From: Bugula neritina
Lineage: Eukaryota; Animalia; Bryozoa
Direction of reading: 5' to 3'
Assembly (NCBI GenBank): GCA_964035545.1
Contig: OZ037765.1
Span: forward strand, 8,008,698 to 8,072,697
Length of the DNA: 64,000 nt
Shown: piece after piece, positions 13,793 to 28,700 of the stretch
Layout: every line of letters begins with the position of its first letter
How positions within the stretch are numbered: the first letter of the stretch is position 1
Program-made: the position numbers and the translations under genes
Notes under the pieces: model-generated
Told to the model about the DNA's origin: nothing
The model's database searches: none
The model's input: the letters and a program-made list of their open reading frames with translations, nothing else

Positions 13793-15200
13793 AATACTAA
13801 TACTAATAGTAATACTAATACTAATAGTCATACTAATACTCGCACTCATAGTCATACAGATCGCGCTCATACTGATACTCATTTTCATTTTGATTTTCAG
13901 TCTCAGTCATTTACAATAACTATGTGACATAATCATACAATTGATAGTAATAGTATAATCATAAACTTTTAAATATCAAATATAGTGTTATTCTAATTGC
14001 AAAATATCAAAGAAGTATGGTAATACTAATAGTTTAGTGAGGCAACAATAAATGCTGTATTTTATTACTACTACTAGTAGTAGTTGTTGTAAAGTAAAAC
14101 TAAGTCGGAAATGGGAAGTTGAAAATAAGTTGTTTAGTTTCACTTTGTTTTGATATAATTTCCGCATTGTTATCGCCTAATTATACTGTCTACTCAAATT
14201 TTGTATCTTGTATTATTTAAAATTTTGATTAATAAAAAATTATTATTATTTTTTTTTTTTTACCAATAAATTTGAAAGTGTCTGAAAGTGTCCTAAAGTG
14301 GATATAAATACTGAAACTCATCGCGGAAGAAGGAAGATATTCGAGGACCTCTGCTATGTAATTCCAATTGTTTTATTACATGCACTATCATCATCACGAT
14401 AATCATTATGCTAATAACTAACGCTAATGCTGATAGTAACAATCCGCCAATAGTAGTAGTCATTGTTAAACTTAATCATAATGATAATCAGTTAAACTTA
14501 ATGTTATACTTATAGACTATCAATGTCTTATAGTATTACTAATATTAGTATTAGTATTACTATTAGACATTAGTAACTGTAAGTCTAGACTGAGACTCTA
14601 GAGTAAGAGTAAAACTATTACTTATACTATGATCTACCAATGGCACTATCACAGTATCAGTAAGAGTATCACCATCAGTATGATAGTGAGTATGAGTACT
14701 GGTGACTAGATTTAGACCTAGGCTAGTACTAGCAGTAGTATTACTATTTGTAGTAGCAGCAGCAGCAGCAGCAGCAGTAACAGCAGTAGTGAGTAATAGT
14801 AGTGAGTAATAGTAGTATTGCTATTAGTATTAGTATTAGAATAAGAACTTTACTGAGTGTTTTTCTTACTTTAGGCTTTGTATTTGTCACATTTAAATTT
14901 AATTTTTTATTGGCATGCATATTGATATTCATATTGATATTGAGATGTGTTACTACTAGTATTACATTTTGATTCACTATTAATACTCACAGTGATACAA
15001 ATAGCAATACTTATATTGAGTCTGGTACTGATATTCATATTTCTATTCATATTTATATTGATAATAGTATTTGTATACTCAGGATTATTATAAATATTAA
15101 GTTTAGCTATTAGTATTATCATTATGGCTATCATCATACTTATAGTCATAGTCATACTATAATACAGTTATAAACATAATAAAACATAATTATATTATAA
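13793..15200. repeat. Degenerate 3-/6-nt periodic low-complexity tracts (including a short CAG run ~14757-14776) in the NHLRC2/FGD6 divergent upstream region
   Basis: Triplets such as aat act aat agt cat act cat agt. The spurious minus ORFs 14744..14977 and 14907..15155 are dominated by A-initial codons (I/N/M/T/S). Confidence 0.75.
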
Positions 15201-16785
15201 TTATTGTGATATTCATAGTCTACCTAAATATAACTTGTAAAAGTAAGTAAAAGTTGACTATAGCTAATGCTATTAGAAAAAGTCATGTAATAATATTAAA
15301 TGCAGCTATTATATTTACTTTTAGTTATAATTCCTAATAAATAACTTGGGTTTATTGTTATAATTTTAAAATCATACCATTATGATTTATAAGTGATGCA
15401 GCTGTAAAAGCATAATTGTGATATCTTGTCAGTGTGACAGTTGATCTATTTATTTACCTCTAAAAGCTATCATCAGTGGTCAAAGCTCCCTGTAAGAATA
15501 TAAACAAGCAAGAAGTTTAATCTAGTGATAAAAAGTTAAAAAAGCAAAAATCAAAGTATGCACTAAATTTCTAAATAATTTAATACTCTGTTGAAATATA
15601 ATGGCTCACAGCACTGGTGTTTATACAAGAAGGAATTTTCAGGCAGTATTAAACTAGTATAATATCACTAATAGTGAAATGCTTCAAATTTACCAAGAGA
15701 TTGAAATTTAAATATTTTGCCTGATCATTTGGTCTTAAATGTTTTTCTTGACTTTAAAGCTCAGAAGCTGTATTAGTGTATTTTGTAAAAGCACATACTT
15801 GTATAAAAGCTTAGTAATTTACAGTTTTAAGATTCCTAGTGGTGTAGCTAAAAGAGTTTCAGAATTCAAAGTCATCAAGACTGGCAACCACTGTACAAGA
15901 AACTTACTTGAGGGCATGTTTTATATACAAATATTGTAATTTAAAAATGTATCGTTATTTTATATTTGTAACCTAGACTCAGGTAATCAGTGCTACCCAT
16001 TCTTGCGCAAATACTGACTCTTCCTATCTTATAGTTATAATGCTAGGCGACTCTTAAAGATGTTGGCTCTAAATTATTGAACGCTACTGTAAATGTTTTT
16101 ATCATGAATCTTAAAGTTTTCTGTAAATATATTTATTTTTGTCCCATTTAATTTCTTTAGTTTGTACAAAATTTTACTGTATAGTGAGGAATGACAAATT
16201 TATCATTTGCATGTTATAATAGTTATTATATGCTGCAACAAAGCAACTGGATAGTTAATGGGAAAATGTATTTCTGAAATGCAGATATCCCTATACTTTG
16301 CTATTTAACTTTTTTCAAGTAAAATCTTTGAATGTAAAATAATAAACTCATATTAAATTTTATACATAAACAAACTTTTTGTTCCATTAAAGCTAATTGT
16401 TATTTAAACAAAGTTTTATTTACATTCAAAAATTGTATATATACATTCGATAAAAGTGCTACTTCATTATAATAATGCTATAGTGTATAATAGGATGCTA
16501 TCTGATAAATTGTATACTGCTATATGTCAAAACTCTATCTTAGTAGCATTGTAAATGTTCCATAAATCAGTCTATCTTCTCAGAATTGTTCACATCTTAG
16601 TTAACTTGATTTTTTCAGAAGAATTGATTAATTTCACTACCAAGTTTTTTTTAAATGTGTTGAAAACTAAATTTGTTTGCATAAATCGTTACTAATTATC
16701 ATTGGTTAAATTTTCATACTAATTATTTTTTCTTTTAATGACTTTTTGACAATTTTTGAAGGTCTATATGTTCTAACTGAAAGAT

Positions 16786-19700
16786 ATGGATAAGAAGAGC
16801 AAACCTCCTGTTCCACCAAAACCCAAACAAATAACACATAACAGTAGAAAGTAAGTGTTGATACTTGGTAGTTTGATCTCTTACTCACTGGTATAGTCAT
16901 CCATAAGTGTTTATAGAAACATACTAGGCTTTGACTAGTATGACCTTTCTTATCTAAATTTTTAGATGTTTTACCATTACTCAACCATGCAACTATGACA
17001 TTGACAAAAATTGTTAGCAAAATATTACTTTCGTTACTTTCGTTAAACATTTATTGAGAGTGGTTTTATTTCCTTCTGTGTACCAATGAGTGCTGTTAAA
17101 AATGTAAAAATGGGTTAGTTATTTTAATATGAAAAATCAAATGCGCTGAACACATTGGTTTTATGGTTAGAGCTTTGAGTACAGGACTCTTGAAAGGTTT
17201 AAGAGTTGAAACTAGTTTGTGAACAAACAATTCTAAAATGTTCCGAAAATATCTGATATATTTTAATAAATTTTCAAATACACAAGTTATGTTTCTTTTT
17301 TTAATTAATTGTTCTCTTGTAAGATTTTTATTCAGCTAAGTTATCAGTTAGCCTTCTAAGTCTCAATTTGTTATTACTAGAAATATACTTAAAGTTTAGG
17401 AAATTCCTAAATCAATTTATATTGTTTGCTCTTAGAATTTGGGTTTGAATCTGGTTTTTGATGAACTTTCTCATATTTCTTGTAATTATTTTAAAATGTT
17501 CCAGGCACATAAATGCAGAAACAACAGTCTGTGTAAATTTATTATGCTGTTTTATCATACAACATGAATCTGTAGATCTCCAAGTATTCTGGTAGCGGAA
17601 GACCTAGAGAAACATGGCACCCACCCTACTTCTGCTGCACATGAAGCTGAGAACTCAGCAATGGTAAATAGTGCAGATAAAGCTTTGCCACCTAGCAGTA
17701 ATGAAAGTAGATTAACCACTTCCGTTTTAGCAGGTGAGGATGGCCGGTGCTTTTAATGACTTTTCTGTCTTATTAGATATTTGGCTTTTTGCTATTGGTT
17801 TAAGGGTCTAACTGTTCAATTTTAATTGGTTTGGGGCATCTTTCTATCCTAATGAAATGGTGTTATTTAATTAATCATTAATTAAACTCAGCAACAAACA
17901 AAATATAATGTAATGATACCATTTTATTTTGAAGTAAAGACCAATGCACCATTAAGGTTAGGCTAGCATTGTTTTTCTTTTAAAATTGATTATTCAACAT
18001 TGTAGCATGCTGTTTTTCACACATTATTTCTTCTGTGAACTAATTTTTAAATCTTCTCTGTATATTTAAATAAACATTACTATAAGATCATAATGTTATT
18101 AAAATATGACTAGCATTTGAACAGCATCAGTTAGTTTTCTTGAACAAAAGTTATGTTCGCTAAAATTATTTCAACAATATCTTTAATGATTTATTTTAAA
18201 TTAATCTTTATGTATGTTTTAATACTATAAGGTATACCTTTCATGACCTTGTAAATGTGTCCTTCATATGCATGAGCTTAGATTTCCCATAACAAGCCAT
18301 TTGCCAAGTATTCCTGCTCAGTCCTCTGCTGCTACGTTATTCCAACTGGCAAACAATTATGCAAATTTTTGATTCAGATTGTCCTCACACATCTTCCATT
18401 CCATCTTCTGGCAGTGACTCTGTTGCCACTAGCTCACTGTCTACGAGCCACAGCAGTACTTGTTCTCCTGCGTCTAGCATAGTTTCCACTAACCGCAGCA
18501 GTACTTCTAGCGGCGATTTTGCAAAGTCACTTGCAGATGTTAGTAATGACATTCTCTCAGGCGGCTCTACTGAAAATATTAACAATGCAAGTTTCGGAGG
18601 CAAAAATTCAAAGGTAGAAGATTCAAAAAGCATAATTGAAGAAGTAACATTACGTCCACTTCCTCGAACTAAAAAACACCTCAAATCAAAAAAATATACA
18701 AGTAATACTAATGACAAGGAAGGGGGTGTAACGGCTCGAGAAAAAGAAATCTCCACCACAGATAAAAGGAGTTCCAAGCCTCCTCAAGGCGCTTTCATGT
18801 CTGCTCTTGGTGACTTGTTATCAAGTAGTGGTGGAAGGGAAATATCAATAAAAAGATCGAGTCGTCGGCCTACACCCCGACCACGCAGCAAATCTGTCAC
18901 TGAGGTTGCTGAGGACGAGGATTCAAACTTGCAAACTGTAGAAACATCAAAATCTGCTCGTAATGTATATCGAAGTGAAAGAGCACAAGATTCTCCAACA
19001 CCCAAACCTAGAAACAGTAAACATTTGCACAACTCTGCGAAAGAATCACCCGAGAGAAATTCAGCTGCCAAGTCAATGAGTGGCGGTGGTGTAACAGATG
19101 TATCTGTCGATAATCAAAGTAAGAGTGATGACCTTTCAAAAGTAAACAGTCCACAGTTATGGAGAGGAAGACAGGCTGCATCTCTATTAGACCATGCCAA
19201 GTTCACACCAATAGCTAACAAAAACACCTCAGTCAGTAGAACTCACAGTTCGCCGCTGGTTAGGAATAACCAAAAAATCAAACCTAATCGCCCAACTGCT
19301 CCACCTCCTGCCATTCCATCGAAGAACTCCTCCCCATCTGCCTCCCCATCTCTGTCTACCTCAACTGAAGGTGGAAAGCGTAAACTTGTACCATCTAGAC
19401 CACCCCCACCAGTTCCTACAACTAATACCAGTGATGTTCCAGCTCCATGTCCGGGTAACATTAAATCTGCCGCAACTGCTTCTGGCGAGGCTAAGGTCGT
19501 TAGTGAAAACTTTTACTGTGAAATTTCAGAGTGCATATATGACGAGGCAGAAGGCTCTGAGGATAATGCATGTTCATCAAGCAATTTGCAAAATTCTAGT
19601 GCTTCACCTCAGCCACCCCTGCCTTTACCACCTGACCTGCCAAATCCTGGTAAGTAAACTTGACTGTAAAAGAAAAAAGTATAGCTATATTTTGTAAATT

Positions 19701-22700
19701 CATATATATACTGCAAACAATATAATGCATTGCTTTTATTTCATGTAGAAAAATGAAATGGTAAAGTTTTTCAATATTGAATGGGTATGATGAAATGATT
19801 TTACCCAAATAGTATGCTGCGGGTTTGCACTATTTACCTGCTTGAAATTATTAGTTTTTAATTTGCCGTCACCAAATTGATTTCCTCTAGCTTTTTTTGT
19901 TATGTAGATTTTCATTATTTCATACTGATTTTGCTCTGCTATGCAATTCATCCGAGTTGATACACTTTTTTATAAGTATTACTAGCTATATTATAGTATT
20001 ATTTCTATCCGACGATTTTCATAGTATATTTAAGTACTGGTAAATTTTAAGAATACTTTTTAACTGAACACTAATTTCAAATTTAGATAACAGCAATCTT
20101 GCTACTGATCCCGAGCCTGATGAATACATGGTACCTGTATCTAAAAAGGAAGAGTGGCCTGATATCACTGCCCCGTCTCCTAATAATAATAACCCGGGTC
20201 CTCCTACTAAATCAGACACTCTACAAAGCATGAGTAGTAACGTGTACGAGGATTTAGATTCTAGTAGCGAGGAAGATGCTCGCAACTCATTTTTGGTGCC
20301 TTCAGAAGATGTTTATTCTGACTATTTAGATGAAACTTTTGAGAATGAAGACAGTGTACAAGGTTTGATTATTATTAGATCTCCTTTGAATTCCCACTGA
20401 CATCACCTCGTATATAGATTTTAGTTTCACTGCCTGTCGTTTCTGGTCTCTCCCTAGTTATTTTGTGTTTACTCTCTAACATTCTAACATTAAAATTAAA
20501 TTACTAACATTAGTTCTGCTTCTCCTGGAATGGTTATTTCCTTTTCTATCACTGTGTAAAGTTCCAAATGTAAATTGGAATAATAATTTTTCATAGTAAC
20601 TTTTCATAGTAAAATATACTACTGTAAGTCAATGTAATTTATAGTATTAATGGATTGTAGAATCTCAGTGTTTATATTCAAATATTTTACACGTTTCCTT
20701 TGCCATAGGTTGATTATAGCATGATGCAACTGGTTTTTATCAAGTTTTGTAATCTATTAGGTTATAGTCAAACTATGAAATGAAATGTTTTGTGGAATTG
20801 ATAAAACTATCAGGAAAGTTTTACACAATAGCGTCAGAGTGAAACTGTGAAATTAGAAATTTTATGCTTTACTTATGGGATGCAATTCAAAGAGCTGTAG
20901 AAAATATAAATACCTTTAGTGCCAAACTGCATGTGCATATATGTTTACAGTTGAAAGAAAGCTATAGAAAATTCCCAGTAGCAGTGTAGGTGATGAGTAC
21001 ACTGTGTATCATCGTATGAGTCATAGTCACATGTTACACGTGTTGCAAAACACCTTATAGTGTTGCTATTCACTTTGTTTAAGGAGGAAGTAGTTCTGAA
21101 AGTGAGGCTGAATCTGAAGAGACAGCAGATGTGAAGCTTGCTAAAAGGAAAGCTAAACTGTTTAATGTTGCTAAAGAGATTGTGACATCAGAAAGAGAGT
21201 TTCTGGACAAACTTGTTCTACTTAACATAGTGAGTTGGTAGATGATGGCCTGTTACTACCTTCTGTGTCTGTAATCAGTCTATATGTGTTACCCCAATAC
21301 AGGCATTACCCATGACATCCATTACCCCAATACAGGCATTACCCAATACATCCATTACCCCAATACAGGCATTACCCAATACATCCATTACCCCAATACA
21401 GGCATTACCCCAATACAGGCATTACCCAATACATCCATTACCCCAATACATGTATTACCTCAATACCATGTCCAAAATAGAAAAAATATCAAAAAGAAGT
21501 TCAAGCAAGTTGTTATTGCCATTAGTGTTGTTTGCCTTATTGGAAGAGATTAATTGGTTTAATTAATTTAATTGATTCATTTATTTGGTTTGTGCTGTAT
21601 TTTGTGAGACTCAATTTAATTTCTATTTCAATTTTTTTTATATTAATAGTGGATATGATGATTAGTAATCGCCACATGCACTGTTAATGGATGTGATTAT
21701 CGTTAATGATTGCAAAATGGTAATCTCATCATCCATCAGTCAACACTGTTCGTGTAGTGTTCTATAAATTACATTGTGATATGTTTTTCCTCCTTGAGTA
21801 TTTGCTTTGTGATTATTAGTGGCTCTATTAAATTTTAGGATTTCCGTAAATTTGTTAGCGATAAATCAGAAGAACACGGGGAGACAATCATTCCAGCATC
21901 TTCTATGAATAAAATACTTCACTATCTACCTCAAATCACCGAAATCAATGTCGAATTACTTAAAGACTTTGAAGAAAGACTAGAAAATTGGTCTGTACAA
22001 ATTTTATCTCATTTACAGTCTATATTGTATGTTTGTTGTATTTCATGTAATGAGGTTTAATTGTACTATTGAATTTCTTTTTTGTCACGATTTCAAAGAT
22101 ATATAAATATAGATGTTTGCAGGGATGACCAGTCAAAGATCGCTGATGTATTTGTCACAAAAGGTCCATTTCTCAGACTGTACACTACCTACATCAGCAA
22201 CTTTCAGTCTATGACATCAGAGCTAGATGAAGCTGTAAAGGACTACCCACTCTTTGCTGAAACTCTTAAAGATTTTGAGGTGAATTCTTGCAAAAGTAAC
22301 TCATTTTGCTGCTAGTTTTATCATTATTCATTTTATACGTGCTAATTGGAAAACATGCATTTTATTTCACATTCAAATGTTTCTTCTTGTAACCACTCGC
22401 TGCGTTTTCATGTTTTATGTACACGTCATTGCAGAGATCTGAAAGGTGCTGTAACCTACAGCTAAGGCACTACATGCTCAAACCAGTGCAGCGAATACCT
22501 CAGTACAGACTACTTCTCATAGGTAGGAGTTATTTCCCCGCGTACATCGTGTAAACATTAGTGTGTTTGTTTACTTATACTATAGTATGGTAACTATACC
22601 ATGAGCATCTTAGGCATATTCGCTGCCTTTTCAAGCTTGCATTATGCAGTGAATTTTTCATTTGTTTTTTGGAAGCAATTACATCGAATGAAACCACAAT

Positions 22701-25700
22701 CATAAGTTAATGCAAACCACAGCCACCAATTTATCCATCCCATAATGCAAAGTAATGGAAAGGCAGTGATTGCCATTTACATGCAAGGGTGTGGGTACTG
22801 AGCAGTGTTTAGAGCTGGTGATGGCACTCCCTCTTGAAAGTAGTTGAATAGTAATCACTTCCCTCACCTCTGTGAGCTAATTTTAGAAACCTCTCTCTTG
22901 GTTTGAATTAACATTACTAAGTTTGACTTCCTCTTCTAGTATTTACTAAAGCTTAATCTTGTAAACGAAAGCCGCACCTGATATAACAGTTACATTGCTA
23001 ATCATTTGCAGTAAGGTTCAGCTGCTAGGTGAATTATTGGGTTATTTGTTTTATTTTGAATAGTTTGTACTATCATATAACTAATTTATTCACTCAAATT
23101 TCTACTGGTACTGTGGGCTTGTAGCTTTACACTTTAACTAAAACTAACTTGACTTTTACAATACAGTCATGCTGTATTCTGAGGTACACATGTAATATGT
23201 TGAGTGTTTTTTGAACTCAAAAAGTGCTGCAGGTAGCAGTTTATTTGAGCAAAGTAGCCTATTTTATACTAGTCTTTTGGGGACACGTGTGAACTCTTAC
23301 GTCAGTTGTATATATACATATATTTAATGTCAAGTATATGAAACAAATTGAACAAAGTCAACTTTACCGGGCAATGCCTGTAAATTTACATTAGCCTTAG
23401 GTTGTTGGAACTCTTAAAGATATTAAGCAAGACTAAATGAAGGACTTTAGGCTAACTATCGACTGTAAATTTAGCAAAGACACCAAGCCTAGTGTTTGTC
23501 TTGCACAACCAACCACTTGGCATTTAGATTGTTTAAGTTTCTTAAGTAGCTTTAGTCAGTGTTAATTGCCTATTAATTCCTTTGAAATATCTTGTTTTCA
23601 TTATATTATGTTTTCATTAAGTCAAATTAATGTAGTAAGTAAGACATTTTATGTTTATAGAATATCAGAAATATTTAGAAGACGACTCCCCGGACCGAGA
23701 GGACACTCAAGGTAACTCCATTGTTTTCCTGAGGGTATTTATAATATGCTTGTTTTTATTATAGTCTTAGGTATTTATTTTATTTGTCAATACCTTAGAT
23801 TTGATGAAGTCTTTGGATTTCTAGGCATTCTGTAAAAGAAAATTATATTCTCCAAGTTTGTGAGTATTATTCTCGGTTGTGGTTTTAAGCATTTGGTTGT
23901 ACTTACATTTGTATTTCCAATAAAATTGCATACCATTACTCATATTTCTATGGCGTAGTTTGCAAGCTGCTAGTAAACTTCTTGTGCTATTTGCACCTTG
24001 TATTTGCTAATTACATATTTGCTTTTTTTCCTTTAGCGGCTCTCAAAGTTGTCAGTGAGGTTGCTGGTCATGCAAACGAAGCAATGAAGCAACATGTAAG
24101 CATTGGTGTCATGTTATAATATACTTATATTATATATGAATATAGCATACTATAGCAATATAAATATAGCAACACTGTGAGGATAATTATCTATGCTTAC
24201 CATGTAAATGTGATGCTCTTTTCACTTAGATGCCCATCTAATAGGCATATAGTCTTACACTGTATGTTCACACTTTATAGGATGCTCAACAAAGCATGCT
24301 GGAGCTTCAAAATCTACTTATTGGTCAATTCACAGTAATTGAGCCGTCTAGGGTGAGCATTTGTAATATATATTTGTAATGCGTAATATATGTTATTGTG
24401 AAATATGTTTGTAATATGTAATATATATTTGTAATATGTAATATATGTTACTATATGAGATATATTACTCAAACCGCAATGCTGTCAGTGTTTGTTGGTT
24501 ACTTTATGGTGATTGATGCAGAGTTTGGTGAAAAGAGGTGATGTACATAAACAATCAAGGAAAGAGCTGCAATCAAGAACTTTGTTTTTGGTAAATATAT
24601 TTTAGTTACTGTTTTGCAGATATTTATTTGTGGCTGTGTACTTCATTTTGTCTGTTTAGCATAATCAAGAGAGCATAACTCAGCAATTTTTATTTGTAAT
24701 TTGTATCAGCTAGCATCTACATTCCTATCATTATATTTTCAGGCTTTAAAGATGTGAATTTTTCCAGTTGTACTTTATTGTAATCATCTATTGTAGTCTC
24801 TATTTCTGCTTTCAAAGTCTTATCTGTAGTTATTCACAAATTAAGCTGCTCCCCATCCTTTCAGTATTGTAGTACAATGTTATCTGGTAAAGCTGTTATA
24901 ACTTCAAATTCTCATCACCATCTGTCTTGCTTATTATCTATTCAAGTGTTAAAATGGTGCTTTTGTTCTATAATTTTGCAACTTTTACTTTCTGCTATTA
25001 TGAAATGCTTTTATTTCCAATCTCATTTGTTGTCAGCTTGTTAACAATGTAACCATATCTTTGTTATTTTTGTTAGTATTTGCACATATTTTTTGCAAAT
25101 ACTGCAGTATAGTAGTAATACCATGCGCTTGATAATCCTGTACTTTAATGCCTTTGTTATGCCAAGTATTGAAAGTAATGTTTCAAATTGAGATGTTTCT
25201 GTTTTTAGTTTAATGATTATTTGGTGATCACTACGTCACAGCCAAATGGCTACTACAAGATAAACTATGTTTTGGCTCTACGGGATATGCAGGTATGGCA
25301 TTATGAGTACGACTATCTAAAGTTTTTTTTTCTTTTTGTGAGTTGAGTAAAAGAGTTTTCAGTTTTCTTGTAATAATAACTGTTCATCTTTTAAAAATAA
25401 TTATAGTGAATTTTGTGCATAATCTTATGTATTTTCACTCATCGAACTTTGTATGCCACAGTTATACCTTTGAATAAATATATTTGTAACTCAAATATCT
25501 GGTTTTGCAGGTAAAGAAACAAACAAAAGAAGAGTTTCAGAAAGAGTTTACTATAATCTCAAAGAAGAAGTCTTTCACCTCTGTAACAAAGTGAGTGTTT
25601 AGCTTGTAGCTGTATTGATTCCCCATATATATTCTTGTTGTAGCAAGCTACACTTTGCTTGTTAGGGGTAGTATTAAAATGCTTCTTCTAGAGAAACACG

Positions 25701-28700
25701 GTTGTTATGGTTTTATCTACTGAATTAAAACTAAAAGTTATATTTCAATGGTTTGATCAGTTTTATGAATGACTAGATTTAGCTTTTACTATCTGCTATA
25801 TATAGTCTAGGGTTGTGATGTGCGTTTGATTGGACCTTTTTTAGCACAGCCAAGGAGAGAGATGACTGGGTGAAGACACTTGAAGACACCATTAATGAAA
25901 ATGAAAGAAAATTGGGTAAATAATAGTTTTATATTTACTCAAGTTTAGGGTCACTCTCCCTGTGTGAAACCTCTGATGAAAAAGGGTTCTTTTAAATCGA
26001 GCTAAGGGCTTATTCAAAGGTGACAAAAAAGCAATTACAACTGAATGCTCTTCCTAACATCACCAATGGCCTTTCCTGGGGTTAGAACCAATGTCTTCGT
26101 GCTTACAAGGCAAACGCTCTAACCCCTAGACCACGGCTTCTCCCTGTAAATTAAAACTTTATCCTTCTATAAGTTAACATGCTTAGATTAAGTGCTACAG
26201 TGGGTTTTACAGGCACTGTGTAGAACTATCCCGAGCATGTCTTATGTTCACAGGTACATACAGACAAGGATTGATGGAAAGCACAGGTAGCAGAGAGTAT
26301 GTGCTTGGTGAAGTGGCGCCTGTCTGGATACCAGACAAACGTGTCACCATGTGTATGAAATGCAATGTCAGCTTCACTACTTTCAATAGAAGACATCATT
26401 GTAGAGCCTGTGGCCAAGTATGTCTCATTGCCAACTCACTACATCAACCATGCACTGCATATACATTGTATTTAATTGCATTAACAAGTAGCTTACCTAG
26501 TGCTGTAGGAGTTGCACCCCTCAGCTTACTAAAGTAGGCCCGCAGTAGTATTTATTGCTTAGAAACTTGCATGAGCTTTTTTCGAAAACTTAATTAATTT
26601 GGTTTGGACATTTAAATCTTCTTTTAAAGGTGGAAAAAGCCAGCAGTCAAGTGTTTAGCTAGTCACTGTGCCATATTGTTAGTTAAATGTCTGCATAGTT
26701 TATTTAGGTTTCGCTAGAACACTAGTTTCTTTAACTTCTCACCTGGTTTAGCCGTACATAGTATTGACTGTTAGTACAGCTCTGCTCATATGTTAGTGAG
26801 AGCATGTATTCACTTTGGCTATTCTCCTAGGTTCTGTGTGGTGCATGCTCTGCACTGAAGGCACCTCTTAAGTATCTAGATAATAAGCAAGACAGAGTGT
26901 GTGAAGCATGCTATGACAAGCTCCTTGAAGGTAGCATACAATACTACTCAATTATATAATAAAAAGTTCTCTATGATACTTTATTCCAATTCTTAAACAG
27001 AGGTTGCAAATAAAAGCCATGTTACAATATATTGAAAGGGTTCCAAAATGCTTAGGTTTGTGTTTTCTTACAGCTGCTACTCAATCCTCACAGAACTTGA
27101 AGGTACCAGGATTTTCAGTCAAAACCCGTCAGACTGTTAGAGCTTCTCCTCGTCTTAAACCTAAAGTTTTACAAGAGGTTTGTATGAGTCTCTAAGTTTC
27201 TAGTTAAAATATCATTCCGTCTTATTATTATACAGAGGTGAATTGGAAGAAAAGGGCAAACTTTGCAATAAATGGTTAAAGGATGTCTTATGATATTTTT
27301 ATTTTGAGCTTTTCTGTTTCCCTCCATTGTCAAATATTATGTACAGTGTAAAAATTCTTGGCTGGTTAAAAGTAATGACTATTATGCTTACAGAAAGTTG
27401 GCAGAAAATCTTCTCTATGTTTTCAGTGTTAAAGTGGCTGCTGTTAACATTAGTTGCAGCTGCGCTCCCTTCAAATAAGGACCATTTCGAGTAAATCAAC
27501 TCTTTAACTCTATTCTTTATCCAACTGGTGATTACTAAAATATAACCAAACAATTTGGTTTTAGTAGCTGCTCTGTGTTTGTTTTCACTTCACTTGGTCT
27601 GCATTAAGTATTTCTCAATTTAATTCATTAGACACAAAAGTTCAGAGCCACATGTTTTTGTCAATTTCCAATGATATTAAAATGAAAATTGCAATTATTT
27701 TATTTTATGTGCTCTATTGTGATTGGTAACTATATGAAAAATGATAGCTGCTAGATTATGAGAGGATTAAATCGAATTATACTTCAACCATAAGCTATAG
27801 CTAAAGTTTATCATCAATATTTACTGTCGTAACTGATATTCCTTACCTGCTGTGAAATGTTTCAGTCAGCTAGTATCAAATCATCTCGGCTTATTAAACC
27901 AATTTCAACTGTGTAGAACTTTTCCCATCGATGGAACAGTTAGATCTCATAATTCGACCAGTGAAAACGTACAACCTAAAGTAGCTTAACAAAACTCAAG
28001 CTGCTGAGATGTGTGATACACTCATAATTTAGACAATCTGCCTAACAAGAGATGTGCGCAGATCAGCTTGTGATTTGTTTATGTTGAACTCAATGTTCTC
28101 TAGTAGATGTTTCACTTGCAGGTGCACGCTAATGATGAGGGAGAGATCAGTGGATACATGAACGTCCAAAATAAGAAGAAACAATGGGAGCAATACTGGT
28201 TTGTCATCAAAGATAAAGTTTTGTACAGGTACAAGGCTTGCGAAGATACATCGGCCATAGGTAAGGGTTTCCAAGAAAAATATCTTTTAATGTGAAAATA
28301 GGAATGTGTGGATGACTCTAAAAATATTCTAAATTTATGTGTAGCTTTATGTCACAAATTTAAAACTTATGAGTTGTATCCATTAGTTTGAGTTCACTTA
28401 TGTTTTAAGAAGAGCAGTTAGATCAATAGTGCAGTGTTATTATTAACACTATATGGTATAAACAGTCAACAACTGTTCCTATACTCATGGCAAATACACA
28501 TTACACAGTCTACCTATAGTTTTCAGTGATGTAGCTCTCTACTTGTTTTGCCATTTTTGTTTCAATAATTTTAGTACATGATATATTTTTTAGATAAGTT
28601 GTTTTCGCAACTTCATTTTGCATATTACTTACAGATAGTAAACCATTGCTGGGCTATAAAGTATCCAAGATCAGCACTTCCTCTGAAGGGTTTGACAAGA

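Noticed and set aside
14744-15155. Ile/Asn/Met-rich and poly-Cys ORFs as small proteins
   Set aside because: They are translations of the periodic low-complexity tract and a CAG run.
18385-19808. Antisense and alternative-frame ORFs over the large FGD6 exon
   Set aside because: These are shadow ORFs of a Ser/Pro-rich coding exon.
21284-21566. Repetitive ORFs / CRISPR-like array
   Set aside because: This is an intronic 33-bp minisatellite with no unique spacers, in a eukaryotic context.
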